In this document: piece after piece, positions 27,119 through 36,936 of the stretch
How the letters are laid out: each line of letters starts with the position of its first letter
How positions within the stretch are numbered: the first letter of the stretch is position 1
NCBI GenBank assembly: GCA_017502865.1
Contig: JAFVUD010000006.1
Location: forward strand, 189,832-253,831
DNA length: 64,000 nucleotides
From: Alphaproteobacteria bacterium
GTDB taxonomy: Bacteria; Pseudomonadota; Alphaproteobacteria; Rs-D84
Direction: 5' to 3'
Made by a program: the position numbers and the translations under genes
Notes under the pieces: model-generated
Databases searched by the model: none
Told to the model about the DNA's origin: nothing
What the model saw: only the letters and a program-made list of their open reading frames with translations

Positions 27119-28426
27119 TTATTTTACAATTTCCCCACGCAAAGATGCTTTGTTTGCGGCGGTGATTTTTATATCGGTCAATACAGGTGCGTCACCATCG
27201 GGACGTACAACAATGCACTGTTGCATGTATGGTGTTCGATATACCAGGTGGCGACCGGTTTTATCAGGTCCTTCGAGCAGGCATGATAATGTTTTGTCAA
27301 CGCATGATTCGTTAAATTCACGTTGTACGCTGTTTAAGTATTCATCCAGTTGTGCCAGGCGTGTGGCCTTGATATTTTCGGGGATTTGATCCGTCATCAG
27401 GGCGGCAGCCGTATGTGGGCGTGGTGAATATTTAAAGCAGTATGAATTAATGTATTTTATGCGTTTCGCAATTTCCATTGTTTGATCAAAATCCGAATCG
27501 GTTTCGCCAGGGAAGCCAACAATGAAATCGGACGAGATTTGAATGTCTGGACGTGCCGCACGCAGTTTGTCGATTATATCAGTGTACAGTTCCAGGCTGT
27601 ATGGTCGGTTCATGCGTGTTAAAACGTTTTGGGAACCACTTTGGATTGGCATGTTCAAAAATGGCAACAGTTTTGGTTCAACTGCAAACATTTCAATCAG
27701 GTCATCCGTCATTTCTGTTGGATAACTGGAAGTAAAGCGTATACGCATGATTTCTGGGATTTTTGCGGCGGCACGAATCAAATCAGACAGGCGGTATGTT
27801 TTGCCGTTTTCGTCTGTGTATTTATAGCCGTTTACGTTTTGGCCCAGGAAACAAATTTCTACTGCACCTGTTTTTGCAGCATGGATTGTGTCACGAACAC
27901 AATCATCAAAAGAACGTGAAATTTCACGACCACGGGTGTATGGCACAATGCAATATGTGCAACAGTGGTTGCAGCCTTCTTGGATTGGGATGTATGCCAC
28001 GGTTGGTGATTTTTCCATCTGGGGTAATTCATCAAATTTTTCCAATCCGCCCAGGTCGATGTTTAATAATCGGGCGTCTGGGTTATCCAAAATTTGGGTC
28101 AGTTTATGATAACTCTGTGGGCCCAGAACAAAGTTCAAATCTGGGATGCGACGAAATGCATCGGCACCAGATTCACGGGCAACGCAACCAACAATGCCGA
28201 ACAGGGCAGATGGCTTTTTCGCACGGCGAATGCGTCCCAGTGCAGAATAGACTTTGTCGGTTGCCTTGGCACGGACGGCACAGGTGTTTAATACGATAAT
28301 GTCTGCATCGGCAACATTGTCGGTTTGGGTCATTCCGTGGTGTGTCAACATGGATGCAATACGCCATCCATCATACACATTCATTTGGCAACCAAATGTT
28401 TGGATAAAAAACTTTTTCATTGTCAT
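27119..28426 (-). CDS. miaB: tRNA-i6A37 methylthiotransferase MiaB
   Basis: FIQTFGCQMNVYD (UPF0004 cysteines), radical-SAM CNHCCTYCIVPYTRG, and a TRAM domain. Confidence 0.9.
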   Translation of the reverse strand: MTMKKFFIQTFGCQMNVYDGWRIASMLTHHGMTQTDNVADADIIVLNTCAVRAKATDKVYSALGRIRRAKKPSALFGIVGCVARESGADAFRRIPDLNFVLGPQSYHKLTQILDNPDARLLNIDLGGLEKFDELPQMEKSPTVAYIPIQEGCNHCCTYCIVPYTRGREISRSFDDCVRDTIHAAKTGAVEICFLGQNVNGYKYTDENGKTYRLSDLIRAAAKIPEIMRIRFTSSYPTEMTDDLIEMFAVEPKLLPFLNMPIQSGSQNVLTRMNRPYSLELYTDIIDKLRAARPDIQISSDFIVGFPGETDSDFDQTMEIAKRIKYINSYCFKYSPRPHTAAALMTDQIPENIKATRLAQLDEYLNSVQREFNESCVDKTLSCLLEGPDKTGRHLVYRTPYMQQCIVVRPDGDAPVLTDIKITAANKASLRGEIVK

Positions 28427-28431
28427 TTTGT

Positions 28432-28611
28432 TTATTTGTGTTTTGTACGTTCGCCACGCAGTTTTTGTGCTTTGACAGATTGTACCTTGGCATATTGTTC
28501 TTTGGCGTGATGAATGTCAGTTTGAACCAAATGTGGTTCGGTTGTATATGTTGTGCCCATGATTGGATCTGTTTTCGCAACAACTACATTTATTGTTTGT
28601 TTTTTTGCCAT
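28432..28611 (-). CDS. Small basic protein (59 aa). Not in the supplied ORF track because it is shorter than 60 aa.
   Basis: Manual translation gives MAKKQTINVVVAKTDPIMGTTYTTEPHLVQTDIHHAKEQYAKVQSVKAQKLRGERTKHK. It fits tightly between miaB and the next small ORF. It shares the C-terminal …[TR]KHK with its neighbour. Confidence 0.3.
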   Translation of the reverse strand: MAKKQTINVVVAKTDPIMGTTYTTEPHLVQTDIHHAKEQYAKVQSVKAQKLRGERTKHK

Positions 28612-28625
28612 TGTGCACTCCTTTT

Positions 28626-28847
28626 TTATTTGTGTCTGGTGAATTTTGCACGATATGTTTTATATACTTGTTGATATTGTGTGTTGGCACGTTTCCAGGC
28701 AGCCTGGGCAGCGTACTTTTGTTCACGACTGCGGATTTTGGCGTTTGCTTCGCTGGTGGAAAGTTCCTTGATGGTTTTTAGTAATGAATACACGTCTTTT
28801 CCTGTTATTGTAATTAGTTCAAAAGCCAAATCTTTGATAGTGGACAT
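28626..28847 (-). CDS. Small protein (73 aa), likely a paralogue of the adjacent 59-aa protein
   Basis: The C-terminal region REQKYAAQAAWKRANTQYQQVYKTYRAKFTRHK parallels KEQYAKVQSVKAQKLRGERTKHK of the neighbour. Confidence 0.35.
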   Translation of the reverse strand: MSTIKDLAFELITITGKDVYSLLKTIKELSTSEANAKIRSREQKYAAQAAWKRANTQYQQVYKTYRAKFTRHK

Positions 28848-28850
28848 TTG

Positions 28851-30371
28851 TTATGCCAATTTGCCACGCAGGATTTCGTTTACAACCGCAGGGTTTGCGG
28901 TGCCACCTGTTTTCTTCATTACGTTTCCAACAAAGAATCCAAGTAATCCAACCTTGCCAGATTTGTATTGTTCAACCTGGGATGGGTTAGCGGCGATTAC
29001 TTCGTCAACGATTGCTTCGATAGCACCTGTGTCGGTCATTTGTTTCATGCCGAATTTATCGGCGATTTCACGTGGTGAACCCGATTCGCCATCCAGCATT
29101 TTGATAAAGATTTCTTTGGCCTGTTTACCGTTGACAGTGTTTTCTGCAATCATTTCAACCAATTCACGTAAATCACATGGGGTGATAATACGCATGTCGT
29201 CAACAATGCCAGATTTTTCATTTTTTACATCCCAATTTTCTGGGTGGGCAAACAATTCAGAAATCATCCAGTTGGCGATAGGTTTTGCATTTTGCGCCTT
29301 GCCATTAACAGCAGAATCAAACCAATGTGAAATGTCTGTATTTTCAGTCAAGCGTGCCGCATCATATTCAGACAGCCCGAATTCCGCCGTATAGCGGGCA
29401 CGGGTCGCAGATGGCAATTCAGGCATTGTGCGACGGATACGTTCAATTTGTTCGTCGCTGATTTCCAGTGGTAATAAATCTGGGTCTGGGAAATAACGGT
29501 AATCCAGTGCGTCTTCTTTGGAACGCATTACGGATGTGGTGCCTTCGCCCTGGTTATAGCGCATTGTGTCCTGGGAAACAGTGCCGCCGTTTTCATAAAT
29601 TTCGATTTGACGGCGTGCTTCGTATTCAATGGCGGATTTAATAAATTTAAATGACACCATGTTCTTGGTTTCGGTACGTGTGCGGAATTCGCTGGAACCG
29701 ACTGGGCGGACGGATACGTTTACGTCTGCACGCATAGAGCCTTCTTCCATGTTTGCTTTGGATACACCCAATGCACGTGCGATTTCACGGATTTCACGCA
29801 GATAGCGTTCGGCTTCGTCTGGGGACGAGATATAAGAATTGTTTTCAGGATCTTTGGTATTCAGGTATGTGACGATTTCCAACAGGGCTACACCAGTACG
29901 GTTATAGTCAGCAAAGGATTTTGTTGGATGGACATCGTGTTTTAATTTGCCAGCGTCCTGTTCCAGGTGGGCACGTTCAATCAAAATCTTTTTAGGGTTG
30001 CCATCGTCGCCCATAATTTCGACCCAGCCACGGCCAACAACCGGTGCTTCGTCGGCAGGTTGTGAAATTTGATAGCCCTGGGGCAGGTCAGGGTAAAAAT
30101 ATTGTTTACGGGCAAAACGGCTGTGGCGTGAAATTTCTGCATTCAGCCCCAGACCCATTTTGATTGCCTGGTCCACACAATATTTATTGATAACCGGTAA
30201 CATGCCAGGCATTGCAACGTCAACCATTGAAACCTGGGTGTTTGGGGATACGGTTGGATTATAGTCAGCGGATGCACCACTGAATAATTTGGATTCAGAC
30301 AGGACTTCGATATGTGTTTCCAGTCCAATTACCAATTCCCAATCACCTGTTTTGCCTTTTATTGTAAACAT
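28851..30371 (-). CDS. gatB: Asp/Glu-tRNA amidotransferase subunit B
   Basis: N-terminus WELVIGLETHIEVLSESKLF. Full-length GatB architecture, 506 aa. Confidence 0.9.
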   Translation of the reverse strand: MFTIKGKTGDWELVIGLETHIEVLSESKLFSGASADYNPTVSPNTQVSMVDVAMPGMLPVINKYCVDQAIKMGLGLNAEISRHSRFARKQYFYPDLPQGYQISQPADEAPVVGRGWVEIMGDDGNPKKILIERAHLEQDAGKLKHDVHPTKSFADYNRTGVALLEIVTYLNTKDPENNSYISSPDEAERYLREIREIARALGVSKANMEEGSMRADVNVSVRPVGSSEFRTRTETKNMVSFKFIKSAIEYEARRQIEIYENGGTVSQDTMRYNQGEGTTSVMRSKEDALDYRYFPDPDLLPLEISDEQIERIRRTMPELPSATRARYTAEFGLSEYDAARLTENTDISHWFDSAVNGKAQNAKPIANWMISELFAHPENWDVKNEKSGIVDDMRIITPCDLRELVEMIAENTVNGKQAKEIFIKMLDGESGSPREIADKFGMKQMTDTGAIEAIVDEVIAANPSQVEQYKSGKVGLLGFFVGNVMKKTGGTANPAVVNEILRGKLA

Positions 30372-30385
30372 TTTATCTTTTTCCC

Positions 30386-30414
30386 TTGCTTTTTTATTTT
30401 TTGTATCTTATTAT
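30386..30414 (+). promoter_or_regulatory. Sigma70-type promoter of tRNA-Phe: TTGCTT, 17-nt spacer, TATTAT
   Basis: -35 at 30386..30391. -10 at 30409..30414. Confidence 0.4.
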
Positions 30415-30426
30415 TTGTCCCGCGTT

Positions 30427-30502
30427 GGCTAGGTAGCTCAGTTGGTAGAGCAAGGGACTGAAAATCCCTGTGTCGGCGGTTCGATTCCGTCCCTAGCCAC
30501 CA
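30427..30502 (+). tRNA. tRNA-Phe (anticodon GAA), CCA encoded
   Basis: Acceptor GGCTAGG/CCTAGCC. Anticodon loop CTGAAAA. T-loop GGTTCGATTCC. 3' end is ACCA. Confidence 0.9.
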
Positions 30503-30515
30503 TCTCCTTTCTTAT

Positions 30516-30540
30516 CGCGACCGAAACGGTCGTTTTTTTA
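30516..30540 (+). terminator. Rho-independent terminator after tRNA-Phe
   Basis: CGACCGAAACGGTCG hairpin followed by T7. Confidence 0.7.
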
Positions 30541-30573
30541 TTGCCCAAGGAGATGGTCGAGTTATTCATTTTT

Positions 30574-32040
30574 TTATTTCCCCATAATTGTTGTTGGGCG
30601 GTTGTCCACAGATGCAACACTTTCGATGTGTTTTGCCAATTGTAAAACACGCATATCGTCAAAGCGGCGACCCATAACCTGCATACCCAATGGCAGACCG
30701 TTTTGTGCCAATCCGCATGGCACGCTGCACGCAGGAATGCCGGCCAGGTTCATTGCAACAGTGAACAAGTCCAATGCATAGAATTCCAATGGTGATAATC
30801 CAGAATCCAATGGCATTGCAGTTCCAGCAGATGATGGGCATATGATTAAATCACATTGTTCAAATGCGGCGTTAAAACTGTCTGCAATCATGCGGCGTAC
30901 ACGGGCGGCCTGCATGAAATATACATCGTATGATTCACTGCTTAAAACAGCGGTGCCGATAATCATGCGGCGTTTAACTTCGTCGCCAAAGCCTGCGGCA
31001 CGGGTCTTTTTGAATGTGTCATAGATATCGTGACCTTCGACACGCAGACCATAACGCATACCGTCATAGCGTGCCAGGTTAGATGATGCTTCGGCTGGGG
31101 CGATGATATAATATGCCGCCAATGCATCCAAGATGTTTGGAATGGATACTTCGACAATTTCTGCACCCATAGATTTTAAATCGCTGATGCGTTTGTCGAA
31201 CAATGTTTTCATGTCGTTCGAAATTTCAACATTTGTAAATTCTTTGATAACGCCAACACGCAATTTTTTACCATCGCCCAGGATTGGTTCCAATGGACCA
31301 TTGCAGGTAAAGCCGTGGGTGCTGCTGGTTGAATCTTTGGGATCGTGGCCCGCCATAGCAGACAGCATTAATGCAGCGTCATCAACGGTGCGTGTAATTG
31401 GACCAGGTGTGTCCAGACTGGATGCAAATGCAACGCACCCCCAGCGAGAGCACAATCCGTATGTTGGTTTCATTCCAACCATACCTGTAATTGCCGCAGG
31501 GAAGCGAATTGAACCGCCGGTGTCGGTACCGGTTGCAGCAATTGCCAAACCCGATGCAACGGCAGATGTTGAACCGCCTGATGAACCGCCGGCGGTTAAA
31601 CGTTTTTCCATTTGCCATGGGTTAACAGGTGCACCAAAGAAACTGGTCTTGCTGAATGTGCCCATTGCGAATTCGTCCAGGTTAGCCTTGCCCAACAATA
31701 CGGTGCCGGCATCGATAAATTTCTGGGATACGGTTGATTCATATTCAGGAACAAAATTTTCCAGCATGCGTGATGCAGCAGTTGTGCGAATGCCGCGTGT
31801 GGCAAATAAATCCTTCATCGCAATTGGAATACCGTCCAATGGCAATGCGGTGCCGGCGGCACGGCGTGCATCAGATGCAGCGGCATCGGCCAATGCACGT
31901 TCAGGTGTGGTTGTGATATAGCAATTTAAATCCGCACCATATTTTTCAATACGCTTCAAATAACATTTGGTTAATTCAACGGCAGAAATTTCGCCACTGT
32001 TTAATTTTTCAAGTGCTTCGCTAATTGTTAAATTAATCAT
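30574..32040 (-). CDS. gatA: Glu-tRNA(Gln) amidotransferase subunit A
   Basis: Amidase signature GGSSGGS and Ser-cisSer-Lys triad context. 488 aa. Confidence 0.9.
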   Translation of the reverse strand: MINLTISEALEKLNSGEISAVELTKCYLKRIEKYGADLNCYITTTPERALADAAASDARRAAGTALPLDGIPIAMKDLFATRGIRTTAASRMLENFVPEYESTVSQKFIDAGTVLLGKANLDEFAMGTFSKTSFFGAPVNPWQMEKRLTAGGSSGGSTSAVASGLAIAATGTDTGGSIRFPAAITGMVGMKPTYGLCSRWGCVAFASSLDTPGPITRTVDDAALMLSAMAGHDPKDSTSSTHGFTCNGPLEPILGDGKKLRVGVIKEFTNVEISNDMKTLFDKRISDLKSMGAEIVEVSIPNILDALAAYYIIAPAEASSNLARYDGMRYGLRVEGHDIYDTFKKTRAAGFGDEVKRRMIIGTAVLSSESYDVYFMQAARVRRMIADSFNAAFEQCDLIICPSSAGTAMPLDSGLSPLEFYALDLFTVAMNLAGIPACSVPCGLAQNGLPLGMQVMGRRFDDMRVLQLAKHIESVASVDNRPTTIMGK

Positions 32041-32042
32041 TT

Positions 32043-32339
32043 TTATTCTCCGTCCATAACTTTTGGTACTGCGAAATAGCCGCGGGATGTGCCGGCGTTG
32101 TCTGGTGTGTTGGCCAACACTAAATCACGAATGTTGCCATCGGTAACAATGTCATCACGCTGGGGTAATGGGTGTTCAGATGGGTTTAACAGTGGTTTAA
32201 CACCGGTTGTGTCAATTTTCTGTAATTTATCCAGCCATTCTACAACGGAATCAATGTTCATTTCGGCCAGTTTGTCATCAGAAATTTCGATTTTTATCAA
32301 GTCTGCGAATTTTTGTAATTGTTGCTTGCTAAATGCCAT
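32043..32339 (-). CDS. gatC: Amidotransferase subunit C
   Basis: 98 aa. Located immediately upstream of gatA. Confidence 0.8.
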   Translation of the reverse strand: MAFSKQQLQKFADLIKIEISDDKLAEMNIDSVVEWLDKLQKIDTTGVKPLLNPSEHPLPQRDDIVTDGNIRDLVLANTPDNAGTSRGYFAVPKVMDGE

Positions 32340-32376
32340 TTTGAATCCTATATTTATAAAGTAAAGGAATTATACA

Positions 32377-32826
32377 ATGATTTTGCCAGATTTCAAGGCT
32401 TTTCCACGTATAGGACGTATTGTCGGGATTGACTGGGGGCAACGCAGAATTGGGGTTGCGGTATCAGATGCATCACGACAGTTTGTTTTTGTGCGTGATG
32501 TAATTACAATGCCTCGTGGGGCGGTTAATCATTCAGATGTTGTTGCACGCTTTGCCACAGAAGAGGGGGCGTGTGGAATAGTTGTTGGGTTGCCGGTTCG
32601 AAATGATGGTACAGACAGTGATACGACCAAAATGGTACGTGATTTTGTTTTGGCGTTGTCGCAGAAAACAGATTTGCCAATTTGCACAATAGAAGAAAAT
32701 TTAACATCGGCGACAGCCCAAGAAGATATGGGGCGGGTTCGTGTGCGTGAATTAAAAGAAAAATTAGATTCTGAATCTGCACGGGTGATATTAGAAAATG
32801 CAATTGCAATTATAAATCGGGCTTAA
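32377..32826 (+). CDS. ruvX: Holliday-junction-resolvase-like RuvX/YqgF
   Basis: RIVGIDWGQRRIGVAVSD N-terminal RNase-H-like motif. 149 aa. Confidence 0.8.
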   Translation: MILPDFKAFPRIGRIVGIDWGQRRIGVAVSDASRQFVFVRDVITMPRGAVNHSDVVARFATEEGACGIVVGLPVRNDGTDSDTTKMVRDFVLALSQKTDLPICTIEENLTSATAQEDMGRVRVRELKEKLDSESARVILENAIAIINRA

Positions 32827-32864
32827 ATGAAAAAGCCCGATTTTTATGCGTATAGATATAAATT

Positions 32865-33908
32865 TTATTCTTCACGTTTGTCAGGGATTTTACCATTCGC
32901 CGACAGCAATACCGCCAGCCAACGTGTGGAATCAAACTGGGCGGCGGCAATGTAAATGCCAACCAATAATGGAACACTGAAGAACATGCCGGCAACGCCC
33001 CACAACATTCCCCAGAATACCAGGTTGATTAATATTGCCAATGTTGACAGGTTTAATGATTGGCCGGTGAATTTTGGTTCGATAATATTGCCGAACAAAA
33101 TCTGCAAAGATATTAATCCGCCGGCGGTCAGTAATGGTAATTCCCAGCCTGGGGCGACTGTGAATGAATATAAAATTGGCAACATGCATGCGACAATGGC
33201 ACCAATTGTTGGAATATAACTGGTTACGAATACGATAAATGCCCATACACCTGCGAATTCCAGACCTATCATTTGCAACCATGCGAATGATGCCAAACCA
33301 GTGATGGCAGAAATGATTGTTTTGATAAACAGGTATTTTTTCATGTTGTGGTCAATGCTGTCGATGATAAAGCGTATTTTCTTGGCACGGCGTTTATTTG
33401 GAATCATTGCATCGAATTTCTTGTTAAATGTGCTTTGTTCAATAAACATGAATATCATATAGATAAATATCATGCCAATTGATGTTGCAATGTTTGCCGC
33501 AGATGAACCGATGTTGGTTGCAATCTTGGTGATGTTGGGAATCATGTTTGCATCAAATTTCAGCCCTATGGAATCAGTCAGGTAATTACCCAATGCAATC
33601 AATTTATGTTGAATCCCGGGCAGGGCAGATGACAATTCGGTGAACATGGGTTTTACCTGGGTTACGAATAACAGTATTACCCCACAGATAGATGCCAATG
33701 CACCAATGCGTGATATCCAGTCAAAAATGTATCCAAAAATACGTTCATGACGATTTGTTGGGGTCTTGAATGGGAATAGCAGGCGCATATAGTCTGCAAC
33801 TGCGTTTATAAGGTACCATAAGAAAGCGGCGACCAGCAGTGGGATTAAAATAGAACGTCCCAACCACAGGACAAGTATTATGCCAGCCAATAAAATCATT
33901 CCGTTCAT
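32865..33908 (-). CDS. AI-2E family (PerM/TqsA-like) transporter
   Basis: 8-TM topology and characteristic AI-2E loop motifs (LAILINLVFWGMLWGVAGMFFSVPLL). Confidence 0.7.
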   Translation of the reverse strand: MNGMILLAGIILVLWLGRSILIPLLVAAFLWYLINAVADYMRLLFPFKTPTNRHERIFGYIFDWISRIGALASICGVILLFVTQVKPMFTELSSALPGIQHKLIALGNYLTDSIGLKFDANMIPNITKIATNIGSSAANIATSIGMIFIYMIFMFIEQSTFNKKFDAMIPNKRRAKKIRFIIDSIDHNMKKYLFIKTIISAITGLASFAWLQMIGLEFAGVWAFIVFVTSYIPTIGAIVACMLPILYSFTVAPGWELPLLTAGGLISLQILFGNIIEPKFTGQSLNLSTLAILINLVFWGMLWGVAGMFFSVPLLVGIYIAAAQFDSTRWLAVLLSANGKIPDKREE

Positions 33909-33962
33909 TGTAATTCTCCCCTTTGACTAAAAAGTCCAGAAAATCATGCGTACAGCACGATT

Positions 33963-34886
33963 TTATAATTGTTGTTCAATGACTGTATCGTTAATGTTTA
34001 CATGCATTGTTTTGTGTGCATGGTTAATCGCCATGGCAAATGATATGGTCAATGAAATAATAAATACAATATTAATAATCACGGCCCATGTTGCATATGT
34101 TTTGCCAATTCGTTTGATGAAATCGTTTGGCTTGATATACATTGTGCAAATTGAAAACAGCATTGCAGATGCAAATGTTAACAGCACAGATGAAAAACCA
34201 AAGAATATACCAGATGCAGCAACGGTTATACAAAATGCCAATGCAATTGCGATTGGTTTGGCGATAATTGCGTCTGTTAATTTGTTATACCATTTGGATT
34301 TTATTTCAACGTGTGTGGTGGATTTTTTATCTTCGATAAAATAGCCTGGAATCCATGTCATGCCAAAACCAAATGGAATACTGAAAATGATTTTCCATGT
34401 TGGAATACCAATTGTTTGTGCACGACGTAATTTTGCATATGCGGCCACTGCGAATAATCCAATGATGTACATAAAGAATATTGACAACAGTACGGCTGTG
34501 GTTAAAACAGATGCGGAAATGCCCTGGGCGGTTAGGGATTGCAGGGCAATCAAGATTGATGGTGATAATGATAAAATCATTGTCGATATAAACATTATCA
34601 GGCAACCAGACACGGTTGTAGCGTTTGTTATTGCGACAAAAGAACGTTTGTCTAGTGTTTGTGTGTTTAATTTTTTTGCACTGAATATTGCACCGCAGAT
34701 TACGGATATTAATCCAATGAACAAAAATATATCAACGGGGTTAACAAGGCGTAGGATGGAAATATATTTTGCCAAAAATCCATATAATATTGTTAGGCCA
34801 AGTGTGAATACTGTGCAAAATACGGAAAAGCGTAACGGTGCACCGATTAACCATGATGTAATGGATTTGTTTGGTGTGGTTTTCAT
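33963..34886 (-). CDS. Polytopic membrane protein of unknown function, last gene of the sufB-sufC unit
   Basis: About 9 hydrophobic helices. 32-bp gap after sufC. No SufD-like sequence. Confidence 0.5.
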   Translation of the reverse strand: MKTTPNKSITSWLIGAPLRFSVFCTVFTLGLTILYGFLAKYISILRLVNPVDIFLFIGLISVICGAIFSAKKLNTQTLDKRSFVAITNATTVSGCLIMFISTMILSLSPSILIALQSLTAQGISASVLTTAVLLSIFFMYIIGLFAVAAYAKLRRAQTIGIPTWKIIFSIPFGFGMTWIPGYFIEDKKSTTHVEIKSKWYNKLTDAIIAKPIAIALAFCITVAASGIFFGFSSVLLTFASAMLFSICTMYIKPNDFIKRIGKTYATWAVIINIVFIISLTISFAMAINHAHKTMHVNINDTVIEQQL

Positions 34887-34917
34887 GTTTGTCCTTCCTT
34901 TTGTTTTTTATTAGTTT

Positions 34918-35595
34918 TTATTCTATCACAACTTGCCCACCAGACAAAGTGGTAGTCGCAGTTGGTGAAATCATTTTTGTAAATTGTTCCTGGTGGCTGA
35001 TGATTAAAAATGTTGTGTTTGGCATACTTGCGATTGTGTCTGCAATTAATTTTTGTGTTTCAATGTCGGCACCAGAATCTGGTTCGTCCAGAATGGCCAG
35101 TTTTGGTTGTGTTAAGATTAATCGCAATAACATTAATCGTTTGCGTTCGCCACCGGAAAAGCCAACATTAATACTGCGATTCAGCCATTGTTTTGGAATG
35201 TTTAATTTGTCACGTGCGGATTCCAGATTGGATAAAAATTCACCCATTGGTAAATCTAAATTTGTTTCAAATTTGCGGTGTGCGGCACATGAATGCTTCA
35301 AGAATGATAATACGGTTAATCCATTGATTTCTGGAACGTGTTGAGAGCCCAAAAAAATACCATTTAATGCACGGGTTGTTGCGTCACTGTTTGTGATGTT
35401 TGTGCCGTTAAATTCAATGGTACCAGAATCAATGCTGTACGCAGGATTTCCGGCGATTGTTTGTGCAATTGTTGATTTGCCAGAACCGTTGTGGCCGGCC
35501 AATAAATGACGTGCACCATGGGCAATATTTAGTTGAATATTGTTCAGTAATTTTTTGTCGCCCAATGACACTGTTAAATTTTTTATGTTCAGCAT
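34918..35595 (-). CDS. sufC: Fe-S cluster assembly ATPase SufC
   Basis: Walker A GHNGSGKST, ABC signature FSGGERKRL, Walker B LAILDEPDSG. Confidence 0.85.
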   Translation of the reverse strand: MLNIKNLTVSLGDKKLLNNIQLNIAHGARHLLAGHNGSGKSTIAQTIAGNPAYSIDSGTIEFNGTNITNSDATTRALNGIFLGSQHVPEINGLTVLSFLKHSCAAHRKFETNLDLPMGEFLSNLESARDKLNIPKQWLNRSINVGFSGGERKRLMLLRLILTQPKLAILDEPDSGADIETQKLIADTIASMPNTTFLIISHQEQFTKMISPTATTTLSGGQVVIE

Positions 35596-35597
35596 TT

Positions 35598-36926
35598 TTA
35601 ATCCTTTGATAATGCCATTTGAATAAGTTGTTTTGATTCAACCAAAAATTCCATCGGCAGACGTGAAATAATTGGGCCGGCCGCAGCACCAATAATCAAT
35701 GCGGTTGCAGTGTCGGTGTCGATGCCAGATTGTTCCAGAAAAAATAACTGGGCCGCATCAATTGTGCCGGTGGTTGCTTCGTGTGATTGATGGTTGTCTG
35801 GGTTGCTGTGTACGATTGTTGGTAATGTGTTGGCGGTTGCGTTTGGGCCAACTATGCGTGTGTCGCATTTTGATGCGTTGGTGCAGCCGTGGCCTGAAAA
35901 AGATACCAATGAACGAAATGTTTGGTTTGAATGGTCGGTTGCAACGCCGTATGACACAATGTTGGATACGGTGTTATTGCCAATGTGTATCATTTTTGTT
36001 CCGGTGTCTGCCAATTGGGCGCCGCGGGTAATTGCCAGGGAATAAAAATCACTGTGCGAATTATCGCCGGCCAGTATGGTTGATGGATATTTCCATGTCA
36101 TGGCAGAACCGATTTCAACCTGGGTCCAATACAGGCGGGCGTTTTTGTCGCAACGGCCACGTTTGGTTACAAAATTCAGTATGCCGCCATTGTTTTTTTT
36201 GCCATCAAATTCACCAGCGAACCAGTTTTGGACCGTTGCATATTTTACGGTTGCGTCGTCGTGTGCGATAATTTCTACAACACCGCTGTGTAATTGGTGA
36301 TTGGGGCGGCGGGGGGCACTGCAACCTTCCATATACGTTAATTCGGCACCATGGTCGGCGATAATTAATGTGCGTTCAAACTGACCAATTTTGGCAGTTT
36401 CAATTCTAAAATAACTGGCTAAATCAATGGGACATTTGGTGTTCGGTGGTATATAGACGAATGTGCCGTCTGAAAATACGGCGGCATTCAGTGCGGCAAA
36501 AAAGTTGTCTGTTTGTGGGACAACAGTTCCCAGATATTTTTGTACCAGGTCGGGGTGTTTCTGGACCGCTTCGGACATGGGCAGAAATATGATGCCCAGT
36601 TTTTCTAATTCAGCGGTATAGGATGTGTGTACAGATTTACTGTCGATGACGGTATCTGTTGCCATTCCCATCAGTGCTTTTTTTTCACTGTCGGGCAGAC
36701 CCATTTTGTCATACACTGCGGCCAGGTCAGAATTATCGATTTCGCCCGGTTCGTTATAATAATTCAGGCTGTCGTAATCAATCGGTGTGTAATCAAATTC
36801 AGCCCAATGTGGTTCCTGCATTTTTTGCCATGCACAAAATGCATCTAATCGCCATTGCAGCAGCCATTGTGGTTCGTTGCGTACAGAAGATATTTCACGA
36901 ATAAGATTTTCCGTTAACTTTGCCAT
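35598..36926 (-). CDS. sufB: Fe-S cluster assembly scaffold SufB
   Basis: Strong colinearity with SufB: MAKLTENLIREIS…YLGTVVPQTDNFFAALNAAVFSDGTFVYIP…GGILNFVTKR…GTKMIHIGNNT. Confidence 0.85.
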   Translation of the reverse strand: MAKLTENLIREISSVRNEPQWLLQWRLDAFCAWQKMQEPHWAEFDYTPIDYDSLNYYNEPGEIDNSDLAAVYDKMGLPDSEKKALMGMATDTVIDSKSVHTSYTAELEKLGIIFLPMSEAVQKHPDLVQKYLGTVVPQTDNFFAALNAAVFSDGTFVYIPPNTKCPIDLASYFRIETAKIGQFERTLIIADHGAELTYMEGCSAPRRPNHQLHSGVVEIIAHDDATVKYATVQNWFAGEFDGKKNNGGILNFVTKRGRCDKNARLYWTQVEIGSAMTWKYPSTILAGDNSHSDFYSLAITRGAQLADTGTKMIHIGNNTVSNIVSYGVATDHSNQTFRSLVSFSGHGCTNASKCDTRIVGPNATANTLPTIVHSNPDNHQSHEATTGTIDAAQLFFLEQSGIDTDTATALIIGAAAGPIISRLPMEFLVESKQLIQMALSKD

Positions 36927-36936
36927 GTGTCCGTTG

